Positions 29,694 to 42,300 of a stretch of 64,000 nucleotides of DNA are shown here, in pieces (position 1 is the stretch's first letter; each line of letters starts with the position of its first letter). The DNA comes from Ruditapes philippinarum (taxonomy: Eukaryota). Location of the stretch: assembly GCF_026571515.1 (NCBI RefSeq), contig NW_026864100.1, forward strand, positions 124,001 through 188,000, read 5' to 3'. The position numbers were made by a program, and so were the translations under genes. The notes under the pieces are model-generated. The model made no database searches, was not told the DNA's origin, and saw only the letters and a list, made by a program, of their open reading frames with translations.

Positions 29694-30758
29694 ATGAATG
29701 CAAGTGACGTAAGTGATTTGGACATTTTCAGCATGCGATATAGTAAATGGCATGGTTACATAAGCTTGCTTATTTGTGCTCTTGGGATACCACTCAATAT
29801 TTTAAACATTATTGTTCTTACAAGAAGTAAAATGCGCACTGCCATTAACTTTATCCTCACGTGTATCGCGATATGCGACATGACAACAATGTTGTCTTAC
29901 GTACCCTTTGCTGTCCACTTTTATTGTCAGTATTCTGCTAATTCAATTTTACCTGAAAAGAACAGTTTGCAATGGATGAATTTTCTGTTGGTACATCTAA
30001 ATGTAACGGCCACTGCTCATACAATTTCAATTTGGCTTGCCGTTGCACTGGCAATAATTCGCTATCACCAGATACATTCCCCGGCACACGGCAGCATAAC
30101 GCACATGCGTAGAATTATACGTGCTCGAGTGATAACAGGAACCATTGTTATATTTTCTATCGTGATATTAATACCGAATTATTTGTGTCACAAATTAAAA
30201 CTCCACCAGAGTCGTGATAATTCAACGTTATATGTTTTTGAAGAATGGCGTCTTGGTTCGGCACAAGTCGACACAATACGGGTGATAGCGTTGGTAATGT
30301 ACAGTTCATTGGCAAAGCTGCTCCCATGTGTGATGATCATAATATATGGCGGACTTCTTCTAAGGACGTTACATAAAACGATTCAACATCAACAACAACT
30401 AGCAGCGACGTCGTGTTTAAACTCAAAGAGAAGTAACAACCCTTCTAGAACGACAACCATGTTACTGATTGTGTTTGTCCTCTTCATATTTACAGAACTG
30501 CCTCAAGGGATTCTTATCTTATGTTGTATATTTATAAAGAATTTCTTTGAAAGAACCTACATTCCTCTCGGCGACGTAATGGATATTTTTACATTACTTA
30601 ACAATAGTATAAACTTTGTACTGTATTGTACTATGAGTCAGGAATTTCGACGTGCGTTTGTAGAAGTGTTCTGCTCATCGTCTAGAAATGATGATCGGAA
30701 TAAATATCCAGCATCGTCCGCGGTGTACCAAAATAACATAAAAACAAGTTATATATAA
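29694..30758 (+). CDS. Class A GPCR, myosuppressin receptor / DMSR-1-like, intronless CDS
   Basis: HGYISLLICALGIPLNILNIIVLTR, HTISIWLAVALAIIRY, KLLPC, RTTTMLL...TELPQG, NNSINFVLYCTMSQEFR. ATG at 29694 (MNAS); acceptor tttcag| at 29466 indicates a spliced 5' UTR. Confidence 0.92.
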   Translation: MNASDVSDLDIFSMRYSKWHGYISLLICALGIPLNILNIIVLTRSKMRTAINFILTCIAICDMTTMLSYVPFAVHFYCQYSANSILPEKNSLQWMNFLLVHLNVTATAHTISIWLAVALAIIRYHQIHSPAHGSITHMRRIIRARVITGTIVIFSIVILIPNYLCHKLKLHQSRDNSTLYVFEEWRLGSAQVDTIRVIALVMYSSLAKLLPCVMIIIYGGLLLRTLHKTIQHQQQLAATSCLNSKRSNNPSRTTTMLLIVFVLFIFTELPQGILILCCIFIKNFFERTYIPLGDVMDIFTLLNNSINFVLYCTMSQEFRRAFVEVFCSSSRNDDRNKYPASSAVYQNNIKTSYI

Positions 30759-31382
30759 CTGTTTGTATAAAGATTTTCTTGTGCCTATCTAACGAGGTTT
30801 CCATTTTACATTTATAAACAATAATTATAAGACGTATGCTTTAAAAAGAGGTATTTAACGATATTGAACTTGTCAGTTAAATCTCTTTTCATGTTCCTTC
30901 GTTGAAGTATAAATAAATTAAAATTAAAAATGTGAAATACTGCGAGCGTATTTTTGGAATTTTAAAAACGTAAAACAGTGCAGCTTTCACATTTTGTCTT
31001 GGAATCTTGATAATCAAAAGTGTGAAATAAAACAGAAACAAGTAAATGAATTGCCGATTCATGAATTGGATCAGGATTGTTCAAACAAAATGGTGATTCT
31101 AGTTACATGGTTAGGTTTAATTCAATTCTAAAAGTACATTCAGAGATTTCTCCTCCACTCATCTATACACATTTTTTATATTCTCAAATAAACACAAATT
31201 CCACGTGGCATTGCTAGTTTATCGAAATAACAAATTTAGTTTTATTTTTTTTATAAACATTTAACTGAATAAATTTTATAGTCAAATCAATGCTGTTTAT
31301 TACTTTGCACAGAGATGAATATTACACTACCTCTTAGTTAAAAACAGCATGTCATAATCATCTAAATGCAGAACAAACAGGT

Positions 31383-32340
31383 AACAAGAGCGATCAGTAA
31401 TCACATGTGTCGCCTCATGATGGCCAATATCATGTTGGGACAAATTTTGTGACAGACGGACAGACAGACGGACAGTGCACAACTAGACTAACCACTTTGT
31501 ACTGATCATTCCTGTAAAATTTGGATAAAATTGCACCAGTAGTTTATGAGGAGTAGTCCGGACAAGCTTTTGCGTATCTGGCAACACACAGAAAAAAACA
31601 CCTTTTTATCAAAGGGCCATAACTCGGCCAAAAATCATTCAACCGGAAAACCCGTGCAATATGCGCAAGGACTTGAGCTACAGATCAATCCTGTAAAGTT
31701 TCATTGAAATTGCATAAGTGGTATAAGAGAAGTAGTCTGGACAAACTTTAAAAATAAAAATTATTAAAGGGCTATAACTCAAACAAAAATCACTGAACCG
31801 GAAAATGCTGACAATATGCACAACTAGACTTGGTACTGATCATTCCTGTAAAGTTTGGATGAAATTGCACCAGTAGTTTATGAGGAGTAGTTTGGACAAG
31901 CTTTTGCGTATCTGGCAACACACAGAAAAAGAAACCTTTTTATCAAAGGGCCATAACTTGGCCAAAAATCATTCAACTGGAAAACCCGTGCAATATGCGC
32001 AAGGACTTGAGCTACAGATCAATCCTGTAAAGTTTCATTGAAATTGCATTAGTGGTATAAGAGAAGTAGTCCGGACAAACTTTAAAATTAAAAATTATTA
32101 AAGGGCCATAACTCTGACAAAAATCATTGAACCGAAAAATCCTGATAATATGCACAACTAGACTTGGTACTGATCATTCCTGTAAAGTTTGGATGAAATT
32201 GCACCAGTAGTTTATGAGGAGTAGTCCGGACAAGTTTTGTGACGGACGGACGGACAGACGGACAGGCAGACAGACGGACAGACAGACGACGGAGAAGTGA
32301 TCCCTATATGTCGCCACTACTCCGTAGAGGCGACACAAAA
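31383..32340 (-). mobile_element. HINE/Helentron-like non-autonomous element with an internal dimeric satellite array
   Basis: aacaagag end, (GACG/GACA)n microsatellite, terminal hairpin tgtcgcc...ggcgaca then an A-run, alternating subunits with ~340-bp period. Confidence 0.8.
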
Positions 32341-34189
32341 ACAGGTCTTATTCTAACATGGTTTCTATATACGAAAAAAACAGCCGAGAATAACTTTTGC
32401 ATTTGTACATGTATGTCGTACGTCAGGTTGTTAGTATAAGCCTACAATAATAATTCATAGAAATGATTCTGAGTTTAGTGTAAAATATTATAACCTAAGA
32501 AATGATATTGTTCAAAGTCAAAGTTATGTCTATGGAAATGTTGCGATCATTAGTCCATTACATCTGACAAGTGCCACATATCCGCACTAACGAGTCTGCA
32601 CATTTCGACATATCACAACATTTAGTCTTAAACTTAACAAGCAATAAATATTATTTTACAGTACCATTTCAAGGTAATTATCATTGAAACATGGAATCAG
32701 CAGTGAAGTACAGTGAAACCTCTAAACAGCAATACCCTTCTGGATACAAAGATTTTAACTTCTGATCTATTTTCAAATAAAATCAAAGTATTTCTTTTTT
32801 TTTGACATTGGGTGAAGAACAACGTGCACGGCGGTACAAGACTCGCACAGTTCTAAGCAGTTACTGTCATTCACCAAACACGTTCAGTTATTTTATGTAC
32901 AAAAGCAGAGTTCCGTTAATCCAGTTACATACTCTAGATAAACTATGCTCATCCTTGAGTAAAATATCTTAATCACAGAATTTATTGAAAACTATGAACT
33001 TCTTACTAAATATGTCTAATTGGAATAAAATAATGATTAAACTATGTATGATAAGCTGCATTCCCTATTACAGGTCAAGTAAAGTTGGTATTTTCTTTTT
33101 ATTGACACTATATATTCATATTTTGACCACCTATAGTGTGTAGAATTTTAAACATAAGAAATATACTTTGTATGAAGTCAAAAACATGTTTATTTTATAT
33201 TTACAAAGAAACTGTGAAGCAATTACCAATATTTTCTAACATCAAATTTCAGCATAGTATATCTTTAAACTGTCCTCAATAGCAATTGATAAACTCTACG
33301 CACACCAGTGACATCTATGAAAAGTAAGTCAGTTGCTAGTAACAATAACATGTTTTAAACAGCAATAATCTGTCTTGTGTCCCTTTTTTCAGCTGTTTAA
33401 ATCGTGTTTATATATAAACTAGTACATAAATATTGTAAGACATGTGTGCCTTAGAATATAATGAAGCCTGTTATTTAAATAACTTTTAATTTTTTTGCAA
33501 TTGTTTTTGTTTGATTTCCAACATTGAACATATAAATATACATAATGCATGAAACAATAATTCAAATGATTTTAGTATGATTTCAAACATATCTTATAAT
33601 ACATACTTTTTCTCATTAAAATTAAATTTCTGACTTATTTTGTCAAACAAGAGTGTATAAAAACATTAATTTTAATACAAGTACATATAAGTCATTGTAC
33701 ATACTAAAGGAAACGATCTCAATCATATCAATTTCAAAAAAAATATCAATTGTAATAATAACAAAAACAAAATGCCCCCGACCCAGATTCTTAATGAAAT
33801 GGATGACTGCTTAAGAAAAATATTTAACACAGTTAAATTATACAAACTTAAGTTGTAACTTAATGTTTTTTTCTATCAGAAAAAAATCTAAATTGGCACG
33901 TCATTGCTATTTGCACCGCTAGGTGGAGCATTATATGCATCGAAAGTGTTTATTTTTAGTTAGGATGAAGCATTTGTAAGACATGGGAATTAAATAAAGT
34001 ATTACCTCCTTCAAAAAGCAATCCTCCTTTATAGCTGAAGAACCTTCATATATATACAGTTGCTGTTTCTAAAGCACCACCATCAAGTTGTTGATTGTTA
34101 GTAAAAATGCTATGATGGATGGACGGTGAGACACCAGGGGTATTAAATAAGTATAACATAATATAAGCAAATTTTTTAGGGCATATAAT

Positions 34190-35100
34190 TAATGTACTCA
34201 ATATAAGTGATCATCCTATGAAGTTTGACAGTTGTAAAACTGTTAACAATATTAAGGTCATTTGATATTGACCTTTGACCTTGTGACCCCAATATAGATA
34301 TGGATCTTTTATTCAATATAGGCAATCATCCTATGAAGTTTGAACACTGTAAGCCAAATGGAACTTGTGTTATGCTCCAGAAAGCACAATTTTCAGTGTT
34401 AAGGTCATTGTGACCCTGACCTTTGATCTTATGACCCTAAAATCAATAGGGGTCATGTATTGGACATGGCTGTTCATCCTATAAAATTTTACAGCTGTAG
34501 GTTGATTAATACTTAAGTTATTGAGCAAAAACTGTTTTCAGTTTTAAGGTAATAGTGACCTTGACCTTTGACCTTGTGACCCCAAAATCAATAGAGGTCT
34601 TCTACCCAATATTGACAATCATCCTATAAAGTTTGAACACTGTGAGCCAAATGGAACTAAAGTTATGCTCAAGAAACCACAATTTTCACATTGTGACCCT
34701 GACCTTTGACCTTATGACCCTAAAATCAATAGGGATAATGTATTGGACTATAAAATTTTACAGCTGTAGGTTGATTAATACTTAAGTTATTGAGCAGAAA
34801 CTGTTTTCAGTTTTAGGAAATAGTGATTGACCTTGACCTTTCACCTTGTGACCCCTAAATCAATAGAGGTTTTCTACCTAATATGGACAATCATCCTATG
34901 AAGTTTGAATATTGTGGGCCATATGGAACTTAAGTTATGCCCCGGAAACTGTTTTCAGTTTTAAGGTTACAGTGACCTTGACCTTTGACCTTGTGACCAC
35001 TAATCAATAGAGGTCTTCTACACAATATGGACAATCATCCTATGAAGTTTGAATATTGTGGGCCAAATGTAACTTAAGTAATGCTCCAGAAACCAAATTG
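34190..35100. repeat. ~145-bp tandem array (tgaccttgacctttgacc family), probably HINE-internal
   Basis: About six units with the motif recurring near 34262, 34411, 34556, 34693, 34829 and 34973. Confidence 0.8.
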
Positions 35101-36304
35101 TGACCACATACTCTACCCAAAGTTAGAGGACCATGCAATAATTTACTTACTAGATATCAAAGGTATCAGTTAATAAATGGAGTAACAAGGAGAAATAAAA
35201 CATATATCCCACTTTTTTAAGTTTAACCATACAAGGTAATACAGCCTTGTTACAAAAAACAAAAGATATAAAACTAAAGATATATCAATATCCAACTCGC
35301 CGGAATAGGTAAAAAATTTCTGAGTGTTATGAAGGGAAATAAGTTGGGGGGAAATAGAAATCACAGTTATATAACCTGCCAAACTCATGTACTTTGTATC
35401 GGATGTGTATAAATCAAGAAGCCATTGGTACGGGTAGAACTTGGCTTTTTATATGAAAATTTTCAAAAATCATCCTTTGATACATTATTCAAGATCAAAT
35501 CATACCCCTTAGATTTTCAATTGTCATGCCCTCATACACGATTAATACATTTTATAAACTTATCATACTGCACAAAGATATTACACAAGAAAGTAAATTA
35601 GGATGCCTCACCTATGAATCTAACCATATAAATGCAAACTAGTAACATTTTTACAATGTACATTTTTGTAAATCAGCTTAAAGCTTAACAGTACATAGAA
35701 AAGCAAGAGATAAATCTATATCGTTTGCATGACATCAATTGCTAGAAAAGGTCATAACGTATACAATGCAGACTAAAGTAGACCGTTAGGTCACAATCTA
35801 AGTTTGTTTGCTTGTCTAGTTTTTGTGTGAATTTCAATACATTTTCAGCGGGCGGTCAATTTCCAAGATAACTAACTAGTAATTACCTATTTTCGACAAG
35901 TGATGACTACTAATCCCACATGATTTTTAAATATACTGTAAAAGACAAGTGACATATCACTGTGAGATAATTTGTCTCAATTCTGACTCATCCAAGAATC
36001 AATCAAGCCATCCCTGGATTACATATGTTATGCTTTCCCCTTTTGAGCTACACTGCATATCCACATTCTAGGTTATGAAACATCAAAGTTTGACTGTGTC
36101 TAAACAAAAATGTGGGTGCAAATTTGGAAACCAAATTTTTCAGAAATCAAGTTATTTAATCATCAATTTTGAATCAAGGGCATCATCTATTTAACTTTTG
36201 TAGACAGACATATGGTGACTCCTTTTTTTGTCCAATTTCCAAATCTGATTTTAGAAATAAACCTTTGGAAGGCAAAGACTGTAGTTTTCCACTGTCACTT
36301 TTTA

Positions 36305-39300
36305 TCAACACCTGTCATCAAAAATATCCCACTGTAAAATTTCAGGTAAGTTGCTAATTTTCACTCTCTTTTCCAGCACTGGAGGCACATCAGATTTATT
36401 TGGATCAAAACATCTTTTATGAGATGTTTTTGAATGACAAGGCATTGTAACTCCATTTCTGTATCGTTGTAGGCAATCTTCGTCAAGTAATGTATGGAAA
36501 TCTGCTTGATAATTATCAAATTTATAGTCATCAATAAGCCCTGTGCAAAACAATTTGTAATTCAAAATAAACCAGAGAAAAATCACAATCCTGACGTCAA
36601 TATCTCCTTCATCAAACAAGTCCAATAAATGACTTCCAAGGAGTACATCATTCTCACAGTCATACATAAACACAATTAGCTTTTCATTCTTTATCCCTAT
36701 ACTAGGAATCAAATTATTTTGCATTTTTCCAGAATTTTGTCTACCTTGTAAATATGAAAAGACAAATGTTTTTACAACCATCTGAGAATATTCATTATCC
36801 AAAACCTTGTCACCTGATTCTGACACTGAAACATCATCTTCAGATGACTGTCCAAATGAGACAGGCAATTCTACGTCAGTATTGTTCATGATAAGTAGGT
36901 CAACATTTCCATGCCACCCATCCTCCAAACCTGAAACGAGAAATTCAACAGTCTTAACCTTTAACTTCATAAAGACATGTCTTGACAGCTTTTCATCCCC
37001 CCTCCCCTTTTTGAGGCCTCAAATAGTGAAGAATTTAAGATTGAGCATGCTGTTACAAAGGCTTTGGTCCAGTCAAAAATTTGTGCCAAGTTTGATCAGC
37101 ATTAAAGCATTTTTTATAGTTTCATAGCAGTTTATCTTGTAACAAGAGGCTTTTCAATGAAAACAGCCATTTTTCACAATATGCTCATGCAGTAAAAGGT
37201 TAATTGACTCAAAGTTTACCTAGTGTGGTAATCAACTTATCTTCATTCACAAAATGACAGAGGACAATGGGACTACCTAAGTAGTAAGGGCATAAACACA
37301 TGGTGCATATAATTGCTATATTTATCTCACTTGATAATCAAGTTCTGGTTATATCGGTTCCTGAGATGGGATAGAATTGGACAAAGTGATTCCTATTAAG
37401 CCTCTGCACACATTATAAATAATCACATGACTTGGTTATATGTCTAAGATAGTGATAAAGTGTGCCAGAATCTTAGAATATGATAACAAAAACAGTTAAA
37501 GCAATTTTTTTTTTTAAAAATGGGTTTATTTAAGGTCGCTGCCGGAAAGCCCATATGGGTGACTGTACACTCAAGTTGGGCCATCCTAGAGCGTCCCGCC
37601 GAGATTTTTTCGTCGATTTTTTTCCAGCTTATATTGGTGGAGGAAGACCCCAGGTGCCCCTCCGTGCATTATTTCATTCACGAGGGGGCAACCGGGTAGA
37701 ACCACCGACCTTCCGTTAGCCAGCTAGATATTAAAGCAAAATAAACAACAAAATACTAATAGTGACCAAGGAGCAAGCAACTTTTGGCCCCAGGGGCATA
37801 TTTCATTCTAATTTGCAGACATTCACATGGTAATGTTACATGCTAAATATCTTAGCTCTTTGCATTGTAATTTCACAAAATTAAGACTGAAAATTTAATG
37901 TGTTTTCTCATACAAGACTATATCAACTAAGTGGTCACAGGGGTGTGGCCAACATTGACCCAAGGACCATTATTAATACCAATTTTTAATTTCACTTCCA
38001 ATAAGGCAATGCTTCATGTCAAATATCTAAACTTTAGGAAGAGTAGTTTCACCAATGTAAGACTTAAATGTGTTTTCCAGCACAAAAATATATTAATTAA
38101 GTGACCCCCCCCCACAAGGGCAGGGGGACCTAAGGGGCATGATAAATACAAGTTATTTTATGGTCCATATAGAGATAGTACAGTCAAATCAATGTAAGCT
38201 TTGGGCACACAAGTATCAGTATAAATTATAATGATGTGTTTTTCATATATTTATAGTCAACAAATCAAATGACCCCAAGCACTTGGCCAATATTGATCCA
38301 AGATTTATTAAATTAATACCAGTTTTGTTAAGGTCAATAAGACAATGCCACATGCTAAAAATCTAATCTGTAGACATTGTAGCTTCACACAGGAAACCCA
38401 AATCTGTGTTCTGCACACAATCTCATTATAAGAAATATTTCTTCCAAAATTTTTTAGTTGTTTCTATTTATTGCTTCAAAATTTTGAAATTGATACAAAA
38501 TGACTGTGACCTTGACCTGAGAAAGGTCACACCTATTGTCTGCAAATTACCTTATTATGGTTAACATTTCTGCCAAGTACTAGTACTTTCAATTTCCTTC
38601 CACCAATATAAAAGATACAGACCAGACAATCTGATAAAAATTAGCTCTAAATAAAGCTCTGCTTTTAGATCTGATCATGACCAAATACAAAGAAATTTCA
38701 GGTGATCTTTCACACAGTCAATCATCGGCGAGCTTTCATTACTTTGAAAGCGATGCGGTGTCTAGGAAACCAATACTGAGTAGCTAATTTTCAAAATTTT
38801 GAGAACAAACATGGCAATGTCCATATAGCTGATAGGTACATGTAAGCTGGGGAAACAATCTAGCCCATTAAAAATTGACATTATTTCAAGTTAATTCGTT
38901 AAAAATTACTTGAAAAAAAAATTTCTACCAAAAATCAACAATTTGTTTAACTTCTACAGATAACAGTATTTTGATACTTCTTCTAATGCCTATCTGTAAA
39001 AACCGGTTTGTTTGCATGGCTAAAAATAGCTTTTTCAGGAAATCCGAAATATAAAGAAGGCGAAACATATTTGGTCATCATCAGATCTACATGAAAGAAA
39101 AAAGTAGATCTGAACTAGAGTCAGTTTGACCAGAAATATACTCTTTGATTTAATGGTATAAGAGAAGTAGTCCGGGCAAAAATAAAAATCATTAAAGGGC
39201 CATAACTCTGACAAAAATCACTGAACTGGAAAAGGCTGCAATATGCACAACTAACTAGACTTCATACTGATCATTTGTTTGGATGAAATTTCACCAGTAG

Positions 39301-42300
39301 CTTTTGAGGAGTAATTTTGTGACTGATGGACAAATAGATGACAGAGAAGTGATCCCTATAAAAATAATACATGAAAAAATATAATAAATAAGTTTCAAAT
39401 AAATTCCAAGTTTAACAAGAGGGCCATGATGGCCCTGAGGTCGCTCACCTGTATATAGCCCCCCCCCCCGGCCCAATTTTTACCCAAGGGCTTTTATTTG
39501 TTTATTTGAACAGACTTGGTAGACACCCATAAGAAGATGTTTCATGCAAAACATCTAAGTTCTAGCTCATTGGGTTTTTTAAAAGAAGATTTTTTAAGTT
39601 TTTACTATACACATATAGTTAAAAACAATGACACCCCTCGGGCAGGGCCAGTTTTGACCCCTGGGCTTTTATTTGAACAAACTTTGTAGATATTTACTTA
39701 AAGATGTTTCATGCTTAATATCTAAACTCTAGTTATTTGGGTTTTTTCAAAGAAGATTTTTAAGTTTTTGCTATGTATATAAGGAAAATCAATGACCCCC
39801 GGGGCGGGGCCAGTTTTGACCCCAGGGCTTTTATTTGAACATACTTGGTAGACACCCATTAGAACATGTCTCATGCTAAATATCTTAGCTCTAGCTCTTT
39901 GGGTTCTTTAAAAGAAGATTTTATAAGTTTTTACTATATGCATATAAGGAAAATCAATGACCCCCTGGGGAGGGGCCAATTTTGACCCCAGGGCTTTTAT
40001 TTGAACAAACTTGGTAGACATTCACTAGAAGATGTTTCATGCCAAACATCTAAGTTCTAGCTCTTACGATTCTTTAAAAGAAGATTTTTTAAGTTTTTAC
40101 TATATGCATATAGGGAAAATCAATTACCCCCCAGGGCGGGGCCAATTTTGTCCCCAGGGCTTTTATTTGAACAAACTTGGTAGACATTCACTAGAAGATG
40201 TTTCATGCCAAATATCTAAGCTCTAGCTCTTTGGGTTCTTTAAAAGAAGATTTTTTTAAGTTTTTACTTTATGCATATAGGGAAAATCAATGACGCCCTG
40301 GGGTGGGGCCAATTTTGATCCCAGGGCTTTTATTTGAACAAACTTGGTAGACATTCACTAGAAGATGTTTCATGCCAAATATCTAAGCTCTAGCTCTTAC
40401 AGTTCTTTAAAGGAAGATTTTTTAAGTGTTTACTATATGCATATAGGGAAAATCAATGACCCCCCGGGGCGGGGCTAATTTTGACCCCAGGGCTTTTATT
40501 TGAACAAACTTGGTAGACACTCACTAGAAGATGTTCCATGCCAAATATCTTAGCTCTAGCTCATACAGTTCTTTAAAAGAAGATTTTTTAAGTTTTTACT
40601 ATATGCATATAGGGAAAATCAATGACCCCCCGGGGCGGGGCCAATTTTGACCCCAGGGCTTTTATTTGAACAAACTTGGTAGACACTCATTAGAAGATGT
40701 TTCATGCCAAATATCTAAGCTCTAGCTCTTAGGGTTGTTTAAAAGAAGATATTTAAAGATTTTTCTTTCGGTTGCCATGGCAACCAGAGTTCTGTATGGA
40801 ATTAAATTCTTTGAACAATTTTTAAAGGTGACCACCAAAGGAACATTCCTGTGAAGTTTGGATGAAATTGGCTCAGTGGTTTATGAGGAGATGTCATTTA
40901 AAGCAAAAGTTTACGGACGGACGACGGACGGACGACGGACGGACGCCGGACGAAAAGCGATCACAAAAGCTCACCCTGTCACTTTGTGACAGGTGAGCTA
41001 AAAATTAATGGAGATAATTTTGGAAATACAGGAGCCAGAGTTATAAATCTTATCACATATAATTATATGACTAACAAACTTTTTTTTTTTAAGTCTGAAT
41101 TACAGAAAAAGTAAGGAAAATTTTGTTTGTCAGGGAAATACTGTAATTTGAAATATTGATACTAGAGTTATGAACCTTTCATACATTATACTTGTATTTT
41201 ATGGGAGTTGATATGAAACTTAAATTTAAATTTAAAAAATTATATCCTTTGAAAACTAAAGCAGATAACAATTTCTATAAAATAATTTTTCCAAATTCAA
41301 GGAATATTTCTTAAAATATTAATGCTAGAGTTATGAATCTTGTCACACATGATGTGGGTGATTATAAGTAACAAATATTTGAAGGTTGAAGTGCATACTG
41401 TACAGCAAAAATAACATTTTTTAAAATAATATCTTTATGAATCTTGTCACACATCATGTGGGTAAAGATAATGATTATATACTTGAATGTTGAAGTAGAT
41501 ACCTTAGAAAATGACGCTTACCTATATGAATACATAAAATTTGTCCAATAAAGGTACAAAGCTAAGGCTTGTTAAAAAGATGTTTTATCCAATTTCTAAG
41601 TTGAAAAAGAGGCATAAATATGCAAAAAAGGAAACAAGAGTTATTGAACTTACGCCAATAATGTTAGATTATCACAGAGAAGAAGCATGTGAAGTTTCAA
41701 TCCATTCCCTTCAGTAGTTATGGAGATACCAGCTTACACGCAAAAACAACCAAGAATAAGTCTAAAAAGGGGCATTAATATGCAAAAAAGCAAATCAGAG
41801 ATATGAGACTTGTGCCAGTCATGGTAGATAATCACAGAGAACAAGAAGTTTTAATCCATTCTTTTAGTTATTGAGATACTAGCTTCCACGTAAAAACTTA
41901 ACCACAGAGACGCCGCCGCGGCCTACACCGGCTCTGACAAATTGGTTACTGCATTAGCTTGAGTATTCTACTTAAAATCTTAGTCCATTGGGAGATAATT
42001 CTTCAAATATTGGCACATGTTTACAAGAGGGCCATGATAGCCCTGAAATAGCTCACCTGTATATAGGACTCCAGGGCAAGCCAATTTTAACCCAAGGGCT
42101 TTAGGGCCCCAAGGCATTCATTTGAATAAACTTGGTAGACACTGACAACATGATGTTTTATGCCACATATTTAAGCTCCTAAGGTCTTTTGGTTTCTATA
42201 AGAAGTTTTTCTTTTCGGTTGCCATGGCAACCAAAGTTCTGCATAAAATTAAACAATTTTTAAAGTTGACTACCACAGGAACATTCCTGTGAAGTTTGAA

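Noticed and set aside
36931-36970. N-terminus MKLKVKTVEFLVS of the 221-aa ORF
   Set aside because: Comes from a MITE end and the intron acceptor; the exon starts at 36930
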